Below, piece after piece: positions 40,451-53,900 of a stretch of 64,000 bases of DNA (the first letter of the stretch is position 1; each line of letters starts with the position of its first letter). The stretch comes from Tubiluchus corallicola (taxonomy: Eukaryota; Animalia; Priapulida), in contig JAQGDQ010000004.1 in NCBI GenBank assembly GCA_030141605.1, positions 310,001 to 374,000 of the forward strand. Reading direction: 5' to 3'. A program made the position numbers and the translations under genes. Below the pieces are notes generated by a model. It was not told the DNA's origin. It was given only the letters and a program-made list of their open reading frames with translations, and ran no database searches.

Positions 40451-41868
40451 CAAAAATACCGAAATATTACAACAAAAACAGTTCTTAGTTAGGGCTCGAT
40501 TTTTATTATAAGCTTGGTAGACATAACTATCATAAAGTTAGCTAATAACTCGTATCCAGTAATGAATTATTCTGCCTTGCAAATTTACCTGATTTGTTAT
40601 GGACAGTCAGAAGAAATTTGAATACTTTAACATTGACCGTTTCGCTGGGCACAGTGTCAAATTAATTTGAATGTGCGGGAATTGTTTTTGATATTAGTAA
40701 GGCGAGGTCCCCATTAGGACACAAACTTTGTATTCGTGATAACAATAGAAAAAAATAATACTATTTATTGCAACTACATAATAGCAATAATTTCGGAACG
40801 TAGGCTTAAAATACTTATAAGTATTTGATCGTTCTGCGTAAATAATGTAAAAAACCGCAGGTATACCGAATTTGTAGAGCTCAACCAGACCATGGAGAAA
40901 ATGGAAAACTTGCGCACTTGACACCTCTCTAAGGATTTTTCGAAGAAAAAAGGTATCTTATAATCTTAAACATTTCAGTTCTCGCGGAATCCTAAATCCT
41001 CGCCGTCCCAATAAAATGACTGAACAAAACGAAATCCTGACATCCACTTCCTTAACCCTTTATTGAATAAAACCCGCAATAAAACTTCTTAGCCTGTCAA
41101 ATCAAGACAATTAATGGGCTAAACAAACAATAGCTGCATGTCATAAGAATGGTTCTACCTGGATGCCCTCATATTCTGTCTCGCTACGCTTCCCCTCCCC
41201 CTCGAGCAACACAGGTATAACGTCTATCAGGTGTTATCATTAGCTGCAGAAGTCAGGGTAGTCGTTGCTTGGAGTGCGAAAAAGGTTTACTTGAACAGGT
41301 GTATGTGGAAAAGAAGATGAGATGAATGTTTTGCTTGTAGGAAAAAAGACAGTGATGTGTGTGCCAACAGGTGTCTTGTCAGAAACGAACTTAATGAGTT
41401 GTGATTTACACCTGGGAAGCATTTTTCCGTTACTTCTAAGTTGTAACATCTTTCAAGGTAGAACTGATTGAACAGTTACGTGATGTTTTGAATGCAAGTT
41501 GTTGGGACTGTACGTAATTATTGTACGAAACTTTTTGCAAACAGGCCATGGTGCTGTACCGCAACGTATATCATGTAGTTAGCCGTCATGCACTTGAAAA
41601 ATAATACAGTTCTAATATTAACGGCGCCAGCATTCATTTACTTTATCTGACCCATAACTATAATGTGCGACCCTAGACGTAATGCATAGCGACGAAACTT
41701 GCGATAGTTATAAACACAAGCTGGAGAAATAACTAGAAAACTGTTGTTACTAAACTTGTTGAATTTTTGTGAAAACTTTGTGACGAGAAAATAGCCTTTC
41801 TCTTTTTTATATGTGATATAACAAATTAGACTGTGATATTTACCTGCACTTTCATGTTTCAAATCAAA

Positions 41869-41986
41869 ATGCGAACACTAAATTATCTGACGATTATGAT
41901 GCTGGCTAGTACGTTGATGATATCAGCGATCTCGGGCCTGGCGACTGGAGAAAATGCTTTCAGACAGGGTCGAGAGGGAGATATCG
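41869..41986 (+). CDS. Candidate first coding exon of a secreted protein (signal peptide)
   Basis: ATG in an invertebrate Kozak context (tcaaaATG). Translates MRTLNYLTIMMLASTLMISAISGLATGENAFRQGREGDI, with a basic N-terminus, hydrophobic core and small-residue cleavage region. Ends at a phase-1 donor G|gtaaat. GC content is locally raised. Confidence 0.6.
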
Positions 41987-42622
41987 GTAAATATAAATTG
42001 GTTTACTTTAATCAAATGCATTTTTCAGTGATGTAGGTTATATAATTATATAGGGTGGTAGTTATGGTGTAAGCATGTCCTAATATAGCAGTGTATATAA
42101 CAATCATTATTCTTGACACAAGCTTTTGCAGAAAAGCATATAGCTAAGTTATAACACTAGTGCACATGGGAAAATTTTAAAATACTGAGTGATATACAAT
42201 AAATATTGTTATATTAATTACGTAAGAATGTAGGTAATTTAACTAGAATGCCTATAGCAACACAAATCTTAAAGGTGACACTAGTTCGTCCGGCTGCTGT
42301 GTTAACAGTTATGCTTCGGCCAAATCTATAAGCACATCTTTGATTAATTTTTATTTCTTACTTTCCTCGAGGCTTGCATTGATACGTTATTCATTATCTA
42401 AATTCAGTCTATGTAAAACATCGATTGTAGATGAGGGCAACTGTCAACTGGACATTAAATGGCCAACAGTTTTCTGCAGAATGGTTTTATATATACGACA
42501 GTGACTGTCACCTGCCGAATTTGCTTGAAAATTGCTCCTATATAGTTAAGTAGCCACTATATATGCATTACAGGCGCACATAACGTTGCTAACTAACAAT
42601 GACATTTAATGCACTTGAACAG

Positions 42623-42692
42623 AGGGTAAAAAGGTGAAGCAGAGTGGAATAATAGCAAAAATTTACCTGACATCTACGATCTGCACCTGCAG
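42623..42692 (+). CDS. Candidate second exon (phase 1 to phase 2)
   Basis: Acceptor gaacag| and donor CAG|gtttct. Only the phase-1 frame is open: (E)GKKVKQSGIIAKIYLTSTICTC. Both splice sites are weak. Confidence 0.25.
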
Positions 42693-45600
42693 GTTTCTCT
42701 AAGACTGATCTTATTTCGTAGCTAAAGAGTTAAAAAAGCAAGTGTTTCCGCTACAGACGGGACTAACTGTATGTTGTACTCAAAGTCTGACAATCTTGTT
42801 CTTGATGAACAAAGGTACTATATAGACTACCAGCATATGAAATCGCAGGGACATACGATATTACCCATACCAAATTCCAATAAAATGTATATGTAAAATG
42901 ATTTTAACCGTAACAATTTTTGCCTTTGAAATTACATTTCGACCTTACCGAGTAAAACCATTTCACTTAAGCCGGAGGAAATAAGTAAACAAAATGAACA
43001 AAATAGTCAAACAAATAAATAAACTAAATAAAATATCAGTCTAAGCTAACTGTAATAACTTTGCTACTTTTTGCTAGACACTTAAGTTTCTGTGAAACGA
43101 CAGGCATAGGCATACATACCGAATGGGATAAGTAGAGGAGATTTATTATTATCTATCTTATGTTATGCTTTGCTGTTGTAGCAGAGACATTCCCTTTCCT
43201 CTTTTGTTACACGCTAATTTTTAACGGGACCGTTGTTAATAATTTCTAGAAACTAGAAATAATTTCTATTCCCTAACATAGAAAATTGACAACGTTGACT
43301 TCGTCTTGATCATGAAACGTATCAATGTGCTTGAATTTCGGCTTTCATGGTTGGTAAGAAGTGATATTGTAATTGTAAAAACGAAAACTATTCCACAAAT
43401 GACTTTGATCGATGGTTTCGAAGAGCATTAATACATGGTGAATGGGGCGTCTTTAATATTTCAACTTATTTCTAAGGCTACTGTCTACCTGTCTATGAAC
43501 TTTCTCAACTCTTTCTTACGCACCTTGGTAAAGTTAATCAGCCAGGAGTAATCTAACAGTAACTCTTTTATACTTCTTGGCCGGCTGGTAGTTGAGAAAG
43601 TTTTTGTACTGCTTATTAGAAAAGCCACACACCGAAACAGGTGCGACGTAATCTGACGTCAAAACAATTCCTGAGCTCTTTATCTTATCTAGGATGTTTT
43701 CCTTACCTTTGCCTGCAATAGCACTCAATTTCTTTTATTATCAATTAGCTTTAAAAATGCAGTATTTCTCTTACAAAAACGTTCGCAGGTTCTGCACAGT
43801 CTTGCACAGGGTTTATTGCAATACAGGCTTTGTTGAAATAAAAAGTTAATGACTTGGCGAGAAAGAATTTTTAATGAAGGCTTTTTAAAAGTCATGAAAA
43901 TGTTAGTAACTATCTAATTTATACTGGGCTAAATATTGTCCATGTACGCATTTACATTTAATCAATTTACAGTGTGTGGGCATTGATAGAAATTTGTAAA
44001 ATATATATAACTTGCGTGGGGCCAATAAATGTACACATTGTGACTTTATGCATAACAGTCTAATGAGATTTCAGCCAGCAAATTATAAGCACTGACTCAA
44101 AAAATATGTGTGTGCGTACTATTGCAAATTCGTGACCTATATATTTATGTTTATTAGACACGAAAGCGTAATTGCCAAAGGTTGCACGTAAAATTTGTGC
44201 TAAATTTTTCATAATGTGAATTTTAAAACGAATGCCTGCTTTGATCACCTTGATCGTTGGCAAAGCAGTTTTGTAATATCCACTGAACTGCTTACCAGGA
44301 AATAAAAAATAATTTCCCGCAGCATTCCATGCTCACCTATCATGCAGTTTTAAAGACTTCAAAGTTTATAGTACTTTCCTAATTTTCAAAACTAAAAAGC
44401 CTTGTTCACATCAATTAGCGGCTGTAGGTTCTGGTTTATTGTGAAAGCAAACAAGACTTCTGGGTCAACGAAACTGCTCAACTCAGTTGAAAAACTAGCC
44501 AATACTACTTGACAAGATACGGGGCTATAGCAGTTTAACAAACATGATATGGCTGGCAATGTTTACACTCACGATTCGTCTGCTTTGTACTCATTATTCT
44601 CCACCATCGGGAAGTTTACCTAATGTTCTCATTAGAGCAGATTTCGGGTGCTTGAGAGTTGAAAAACTGCGAGAAAATGCCGCCCAAAATTCCATTTTAA
44701 ATTAATAAGTCTAGTTGCAGATTTAGTTTCGTAATTTGCTCATTAACCACAAAGCTTGTTGTTAATAGCGTGACTCAGTCTTGTTATATATAAATTAATT
44801 TTTTAAAAGTCCACTTTTGATAGATTAATTATTAAGCATTAATCCTAAATTTGCCACAACTGCATACCTTATGGAACCTGTTCGTAACTAACACTAATTC
44901 TAGTAATTGATTTATCACTTTTATCACGTTTTATATGCATTTAAAAAACTGTGTGTTCATCATAGCATATGGCACCATGTCAACTATCTCAGGCGCTGCA
45001 AATTAGAAAAGAACAATAAATAATTTATTTTAATCACCTGAATTATTATTATAACTAAAACATAATATTATATTGATCATTCGTAAAAATACAACGACTT
45101 TTATTGTGTATATTATGAATATATTCTGATTTCAAACATCAGGCTGCGTTTTTCATTTTTAGAATGGTGGCTGATTAGTCAGTCACCTAGACACACTTTA
45201 TAAAAATGTTTTTTGACTTGCAAATTTGGCATGGGAAAAGTTCGAGATGCGCTTGCCTGTGCAAAACTGCAGTTTTTCCGTGCACGGCCAAATGCGTGGT
45301 GTAAGGAAAAGCTTGTGCAGATCTTGATTCTTGGATTACCGTTGCAAAAAATGCTCTACGTAACTTCTAACAAAAAGTGCAACGTTGCATTCACTTTTCG
45401 CGCATGTTCTTAAAGCATTCATGATCATAATAACGAGCTTGTTTAGTTCAGGCTGCGGACAATGTGGTCAAATTAGTGGGCTGCTCCGCCCGGTGTTGAT
45501 TTCCACCTACGCCACAGAAACCTTTTCATTTGCATATCCGGTCATTTCATTCTTTGGCGTTGCTGAATTTTTTAGCGTCACTAGCTAATTGGGGTTTTGA

Positions 45601-48600
45601 CGTTTTAAGGATTGGTTTTTGAACATCGGCAAGACCTCTGTCCTGTAATGAGATACGTTGAGATTCTGTTTTACACACGTGTTTTACATTTGCAACGTGG
45701 TATTTACATGTATTCTTCAAATATTTCCTGTGTGTTACTAGCGAAAACGTTTGTGGTATAGTTTTCAATGAAATTCCTGACGCAATAAAGTATTTTCATA
45801 TTGGAGCGTTGAAAAAGGGATCTTCAATGGGCCTTATTATTTAATACTTATCAGTACGTTTAGACAGAATCTACGCAATTGATCGTATAAAGAAACTAAC
45901 AGAAAACTTAATTATTATTATTATTACAGCTCTAATATTCATGCTCATTGTAAATTATAGGCTTAAGTTTTTTAGGCTTATAAATGTTGGACATAGCTAC
46001 TGGAATATATCATTATTGTAGTCTTTAATAACTCGTTTCTTTCCCTCGTTGCCGGAGGAAAGTATTAGCAAGGGTTAAACCCGTAATAACCTAGAACAAG
46101 TAATTACCCCAGCAGTAGGTTTGGGAAAGGGTCACTTTGCTAACCTTTTACATTCCTCGAGGAAAAATTCTCATTATTTACCTCTTTGCCTACTCATCGC
46201 TTTCCTACGTTTCGCAAAATCCACGTCGTGCAGCTAGAGATGAATTAGAGGGCTTCCCTGCTGTGGAGGTTTGGAAGAGATTTGCTTCTGATAGCAAATG
46301 AGGTGCCCTTTTATCATTTCACTCCGGTGACAAGCAGAGTTAAGTTATTATACAAGTTCTTATACAAAGCAACGTAGCAGTTTAAGTTCGTAATATACCC
46401 TTGCCTATTCGTAGCGAATGACCTTGAAATCTCCACCTGAATTAAGCGGTGTGATTGTTAATTGTGAAAGGCTTGGGAAAGAGGCGCAAGCAGTTAATTC
46501 AGTATTAATGGATCTACATTTGCTCTATGTGCATTATGCAGACGCTTCGTAGTTTTTTAAGCTGATTTTCGTAATTTAAGAGCACAAATACACTCATGCG
46601 TACAACTCTTTTCCTTGGAAACTCTATCAAAGTACATAAAACAAAAACTGGAGAATGTAGAAAATAAAAAATTATATTGTTTCACAAGACAGAAAGTATA
46701 GGAGAAATTAAATGGTGTATCAACGCCCCCGTCCTACCGCCTTAGAATGAATATGTCCATTTCAACATGCACAGCTAATGTAAGATATTGATGAGTGCCT
46801 AAATAAGTACATTTCACATGCAATGGACTATAATAGTATGTGCAGAATAAGGCCTACATTTATAAATTAGTTATACATACAATTATCAACATCACCTGTA
46901 AGTACGACGTTACTGCAAATGTAGCTGTGCTCAAAATGGCCCTGTATTGTATGTTTCAGCCTTCAAGGTCTAGCAACCTCCTCTCCTATACTATTAACAC
47001 AATTACGTATTTAATCAGTTAATTAGTTTTAAATTGCTAATTCAGAGATGTGGATTATCTGATTGATCTAGCAGCGTTTCTCAGAGGCTGGCTTTCTAGG
47101 AGAGAATAAATTTTGCGTTCTTTCAAACCATCATTACTAAATATAGACACTCTTGAGCTTTATAAATGATTTAATTTAATGGCCTCTTAGCTGTTGATGA
47201 AATAAATATTTACTTTTAGTGTAATACCTATTAAAACACTTTTGTTCAGACTGGCTAAACTAGTTCGATAACGGACAACGAAAACATTGCTAACTGCACT
47301 ACATTACAAGATCGGTGTTTTCTAATAATTTGATTAAACACAGCATTGTACTGATAGTCAACTAAACCTGTTCGGAGAGCGGCTGTGTTCAGTGTCTCTC
47401 ATTTATCGTTCAATATTTAGCTATCCTTGGTAAACGTGCTTTTAACACGTTATTATTGTAAGCCTTACTTTGTAATGTAAATGTTAGGACCCGGGCGGCA
47501 GGCCCCAGTGTGTTTCACCTGTTTCAGCAAAGTTGGCTACCATTCTTTTCCTCCAACTCTTTACAGTGATTCTTTCTAGCCCAGCTTGTACGTACTTCAG
47601 CACTGACATGAAAGGCTATTTTATCTAAGTTAGAAAGCATTTTTGTAGATCTGAGTTGCCCGGGGCTGTGTGGAAGGAATTTCCTTTGTAGCAGCACGAT
47701 TAGTTCTGATAATAATTCGCAGTGGCATCTAGCAACCAATAATAGAAAGCTCCACTTACGAAAATGGATGTTATGTTTGATCTACAAGAGAAACATTCTA
47801 GACTTGAAAATTTGCAGTTCATGTCGATTAGGACGTGTGCAGTGCACATACCTTAAAATACCTAGCTTATGTTAAAAAAGTTACAATAAGTTTGGTAGAT
47901 GGGAGCATGGCACCACATCTGGATTATGCCCACTGTGGCGACGTCTGTTGATGAGAAAAAGGAAGCATTTTCGGCTGAAACTTTTCAAGATTCATATGTG
48001 CATGCGTTTCAGCAGTTTTTATAACTTTTATGTGTTTTTCCATAAATTTATTCCATAAATAATTTTTACTTATTAAATTTATTAAATTCTGGCCAAAATT
48101 GTGCAAGTCTTAAGACTAGTAGTTATGTCTCAAGGATAGTCGTGTTTATCGAGGTGATTTACTTCTAATTACTTGTCCAAAGAAAAAACATACACTTAAC
48201 ATGTATCCAAACATTAATGTTAAACCTCTACGTGAGATACCTAGACCAGTTCCAGTTGTAGTGATCCTAAAAGTTTAGCAGTTTTCCAAATGTTATCATT
48301 AGACTCTGCGATATTTTATTAATAGGCCAACGTTTGACAGTAATAACTGGTCTTACATTGTAAAAGGATTTTCCTGAAAAACATTTAATATATATGTTCA
48401 AAAAACTAGCAAAATTATCTTTGAACAGGTACACGCTGGTTTACTGCATGTGATAATGCTCCTTGCATCTTCACCCTCTTGTAGTGTTGCTGAATAGAAT
48501 CCATACCACTGTTCCTCACACGTACTTGCCGCTTCGTAAAGTCAATCACAGATAAGTGTGATACCGTATAACACACAGTAGGCTATCACTTAACTATTCT

Positions 48601-49342
48601 ACTTCATAATAACTTCTTGACATGCTAGGCTTACAGCTGTTGAAATATACCATTTGTAAAATTGGTTGGGAGGAATACATCTAACTAAACATTTGGCAAG
48701 TGCTTTTATGACTTAGGCAAACAGCACTATCTTACTGAAGAATTAATTACAGTATGTGTGAATTATTTTAATGTTACTGAATGTATTGATCTTATGCAGT
48801 GTGAGTAATCTTAACACTTAATGTTGATTTTTAATCAGGTGAAAAATAATGAACCCATTGCTAAATGCTGTCAAGGTACCTGTCGCTGGTTATATACCTC
48901 ATTTAGGACAAATGTATGACCTCTACCATTTCAGTGTTTCACTGTAAAAACATCCTTGATTGTAAACTAGGCTCCAGTCCCGGTGCATCTATCTGTATTA
49001 CATAGGTCTTACAAGAATGGTGCCGAATTGTGTAAATATGTATATACAAAACCTAGCCAGAATTAAAACATTTAAAACTCTAAGGCCGTACAACAAGGTG
49101 TTGGTAGACTGTGGTAACCTTGTTTGCTCGGGATTGAAATACGTTTTGTCTGTGCGTCAGACAATATTGCCTGTGGTCGCCGGCTTTGGTCTGAGATTTA
49201 GCAACTAAACCTTAAACAAAGCTATCATTGATACATATCAGCATGTGGCATCACCTCTGGTGCATTATGAGAATTTCACAAACTGTTAGAATGCTCTTCA
49301 CATATGCAAGGCAGACATTTGTGGAAACGCGTCAGTAGACAT

Positions 49343-49686
49343 TGAACATTCACGCCTCTTGAGGGCACTGTAAGGAAATTGTTACTGTAAGCGTTTTTAA
49401 ACTTTGCTTTAAACTGGTGTGATAGCAGATGTTAACATTCACACACTTTTTTGCTTTATCGAAGCAAGGGAGCTCAGTATTTTCGTCTACTTCTATCCAC
49501 GAGACCCCAAAGCCGTGAACATTCACGCCTCTTGAGGGCACTGTAAGGAAATTGTTACTGTAAGCGTTTTTAAACTTTGCTTTAAACTGGTGTGATAGCA
49601 GATGTTAACATTCACACACTTTTTGCTTTATCGAAGCAAGGGAGCTCAGTATTTTCGTCTACTTCTATCCACGAGACCCCAAAGCC
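49343..49686 (+). repeat. Near-perfect tandem duplication (173-bp period x2)
   Basis: Copy 1 is 49343-49514 and copy 2 is 49516-49686. The only difference seen is T6 vs T5 in one homopolymer. Confidence 0.97.
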
Positions 49687-50745
49687 CTATAATTAACTCA
49701 TAACAGAGCAAAGTTTGCATGTGACTTCTAGGGTTTACCAAATTCACAGGTACAGGATAGTCATTTTCACGTACTTGATCACTTTTATAAACAAAATTAA
49801 CAGCTATTTCGTCCATTAATTACCTCATAGCATTTGCAAGTACTGCATGATTACATTTCTCTTTTTCGACTTTTTTTAACTGACTTAGCTCATTACGTTT
49901 TAATTTTCGAAGATGTAACATGCATTACTAACCGCAGCATGTAACCTTAACACCGCTACACTCACTTTTTCTTTCTCTACTGCCTACCTATAAAAAAGTC
50001 GTGGCTTTTCAAGGCATCTTTTACCCGGGTCCCTAATAGCTTTCGCTACCATGCAAGATGCCCTTAAACATTTTACTGAGGATATACTTATACAACAAAG
50101 GGTGAGATTTTTTAACTCTGACAGTTATGATTGCCTAAAGCACGAAAGCTCCTCATTTTCCAAGGACGTAGTTTAATTTTGGTTTTAATAGCTTAGCGAA
50201 GGGTGGTGTTAAATGACGAAGAGTGGTGGTATACATACTCTCAAAAGACCACAATTCTGACCGAGCTTTTGCAAAAACACGCTGCGCCATCCGTTGAGAG
50301 GAAAATGAAACAACTCATAAGCTGATGCTTTTTCAAATTTCAAAGCACTGTCACTCAATAATTTGTTGAACTAAAACTATTGAACTATTAAAACTTTTTT
50401 ATGCAGCGAGTGAAGTGTATGCAGTTTGCACCAGATTGAACATCTTCTATACTTGCAGAAGAGAATTCATTGCTAGAAGAGAATGATTAGAGAACAATAT
50501 TTTTAACATTGCTTTCTTTTGCAAAATGTCATAATTTCAAATAACAGAATACTTCGATACTCCAATCACTTGAAAAGTAAAAATGTAAGCGAATACTTCC
50601 CTGGGAGAAATTAGTGAAGTATAGGGAGAGTAGCAAGACCAGGTAAACGATATATGCAAAATGCATTTTGTTAGCTTCGATGATCTTGTCCGTAAGGTGG
50701 TTTAAAAAATGGTTCGCACTGATCTAACTTTACTTTTCTTCACAG

Positions 50746-50954
50746 TAAAAATGGGCTTTACTATAAAACTATTTATGGATTGTATATGGAATCACATGTA
50801 TTAGAGTATGTCTCAAGCCGTCTGAAGACGGGGATAACATTGTCAATAATGCGTTTGGATGATGAGCTAGATCACGAAACTGCGTGGATCAAACGCATCC
50901 CTCACACTTCTCCTCTTATCGCAGAAAATATTCGAAATAACGCAGTCACCTTAG
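50746..50954 (+). CDS. Candidate internal coding exon (phase 2 to phase 1), unknown product
   Basis: Strong acceptor ctttacttttcttcacag| and donor TTAG|gtaaaa. 209 nt with exactly one open frame: KNGLYYKTIYGLYMESHVLEYVSSRLKTGITLSIMRLDDELDHETAWIKRIPHTSPLIAENIRNNAVTL. Confidence 0.4.
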
Positions 50955-53900
50955 GTAAAAGATTACCGAAACACATTTAAAGGAGCAACGTGAGCAGGAA
51001 TGGGATAACGTATCTTGCCACCCTCCCCTCTCCCAGTAATACAAGGAGATTTTCTAAAATTACTGAAACTCGAAAAAAGTACTGTGAGTCTGCTTATAAC
51101 CTCCCATACAGGGGGTGCTAAAATTACTCAGTGAAGCTACTCATAACTAATTACAATTTGGCTAAGCTTTAGTGCAAAAAAACTAACTGCGACGTGTGAA
51201 TTCTGTCAAAATACCGAGCACTAGTTCACGTTTTAAACAAATGTAAACACTCACTAGAGTTGGGAAAACTCTATGCATGGCCCAACAATGTAATATATTA
51301 GCTTACACTACATACGTTGTACACTAGAGAACATTCTGCCACAGAATTTCGAAATGCAATGGTAGGACAAACAACTGTCCCTCAAAAATGCATTGCCATA
51401 TCTTTTAGTCCCTAATGTTTGCATTCTACAGAAACGCTGATAGTTACAAAACTGACCGTCCATTTTTAGAACCTAATATAAACAATGCAAAACGTTTTAA
51501 AACTGATAAATATATCCCTTTAGTAACTGACATTAAAGACAATCGCTATAATAAAGCCAATTTAAATTCTTTAATAACAATAGAAATTAATTCCAGAGGT
51601 TATATAAATCAAGGGAATAACAACCTGGTGGTGAAAAGCTTTCAAAACGTGATACTAATAAACCTGTTGGCTTCAAAACTTTTTTGAATAAGCTACTAAA
51701 ACTTGCAATTACTTCTTATACAATCTTCCTATCAATAAATGATCAAACGTGGTTATTGACCCCTCTTTTGAATTGCTATGGCGATACCTAAGCCAACTAG
51801 ACCAATGAACTATACAATATAATAATCCTACTTTGCTCTCAGTTTAATACTAAATTATTAAACACATCTAAATCATTAATATGAACTAAGCCACTGTTGT
51901 ATTTTTACATTTTATTCCATAAATTATTACAGTACTCGTATAATACTGTATTTCAGGTTCAAATCATGTATTTTGTCTTGTCCGTGTCCTTGGTGATTAT
52001 TTATCTGTTTGCATGTGTGTAAAATTAGCTACTGAATACCTTGCAGCTGACAAATAATCAACTTCGTTTCGGAAAAATATATTCCTTGTTATAATTTTTA
52101 ACAATAAAGTGATTTTACCATCACCCTAAATAAAGTGGTTACTGCAACATGAAGGTTTAGACTTACAAAGGATATGATGCTTAGAATATGCTTTGACATC
52201 GGACCAGAAGAGTAAAATAATGTAAAAAGTTATTGAAATTCCAAGCCATTTTTACTGTTTTTCACACTAGCGAAAGCTATGTATTTCTGTAGGGGTATAC
52301 TTGTGACGAGTTTTGGCACTGAAGCCTATAACAGAGCAAACAGGTGGGCACAAAGCAGATGCAGTGATTATGAGGTCGCGTCTTCTTGGTTGTGTGTATA
52401 TTAAACTAATTACTATACAATCGATTGTGACTGAATATCAAATTTTGTACAGTCTGTAGTGACCTGAGAAATAGAATGAGATGAACCTATGCTGTTAGCA
52501 GATGTTTCTAAAACCACTGTAAATCTATAAAATACTTAACGAAAGAGTGGACACCATATCACGTAATGTAAAAACTGAAACACCTGGACAAACGCGCATG
52601 TCTGATGCACATTTCTTTATGCCTGAATACTATAATTATAATGTAGGTGCCCATAAGCTAAACATCTAGTGCCTTACTGAACAGTCACCCTCCTCACATA
52701 GCGTCTAACATCTGAGTGTACTTCAGAGGCAAAACAAATTTATAAGTTACATTACACCATTGCCACTGTTGATGCACGTGTTACTCATACTGCCTGTCAC
52801 TGAGATAATGCTTTGCCCTAGAAGAACTTGAATCTTGAAGGTTTTTGCCATTTTGTTGAAGAATGCTAATATTACTTACAGCCTGAGTGATGTGGTATGC
52901 ACACATTAACTTCCTCAATGGTTACCACCTACCAATCAGAATTAAATAACATGTGGCTACAGGGCGATGCTAAAAACCATTAACTGTCCACTAAAACAAT
53001 CAAAAAATATTTTATCATAAAGACTAGCCCCATAGTATGTTGAGAACAAAGGAAGAAATGCATACGATTACTGAACCAAAAATCCAAAACTACGAATGAA
53101 TTTCTTTTAAGCGGCCAAATAACTGTAATATTAAAAATATAAAGAATATACATGTAAGAATAGCTAAGACTACAATATTACGTATCGTGAATCAATCTAT
53201 TCTCTTATAATTTATGTTCTGGCATTAAATATTTGATTTATTTGCACAATTGCACAAAACACAATTGCATTTTTGTCTTCCAAACATTATAAAATACTTG
53301 TTATAGATAAGAAATATAAACTCGCGTGTGTACGTGTAACAGTTTGCGTGTATAGATTATTTTAGATCTGTTTCTCTAATTAATTTTCTGTAATTCTAGC
53401 TAAACTTTGGTTTCATATTGAATGCAGTAATATCATTTCAGAGTTTTTTTGGCTACTTACACGAAAGCTGGGTTGCTTCCAATTTGCTAATCTGAACAAG
53501 CTTCCCTCAGCAATTATCTTGTGGCTTCCAGAACTATGTTATTGGTATCTACTTGCTTTTCCCTATTTTGTCAAATAATGCCTCCGCGTAAGTTTTTATT
53601 TTGGCAAAACAACGTCTTGATACGGGTTATAAGTAATGCCTCTGGGGTGCTGAGCACTCCGTGTGGGAGCTCCTCCGACATGTATACAATGTTTGTCTCT
53701 CTCCATCTGGCTGTTTCTTGCGTTTACAACGCGAATCTTAGCAAAATTCAAAACACATTCCACATGACGTGTAGTAAACCTGTCATGTAAACGACACGCA
53801 GCAAAACATTCTGAGTAGTACGATCACGACGCATGCGCAAACGCTAGAGTAAAATTCGCTTATATGGGTACTGGGGACTGACTGCTTAATGTCAGTGAAA

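Noticed and set aside
43534-43728. 64-aa minus-strand ORF
   Set aside because: No recognisable family, and the neighbouring frame is broken by stops.
35609-46078. TTAACCCCTTGC ... GCAAGGGTTAA as piggyBac ends
   Set aside because: A short imperfect match 10 kb apart with no transposase between. Likely chance.
51415-51687. 90-aa Asn/Lys/Ile-rich ORF
   Set aside because: Composition follows the AT-rich background. Its acceptor phase does not match the preceding candidate exon.
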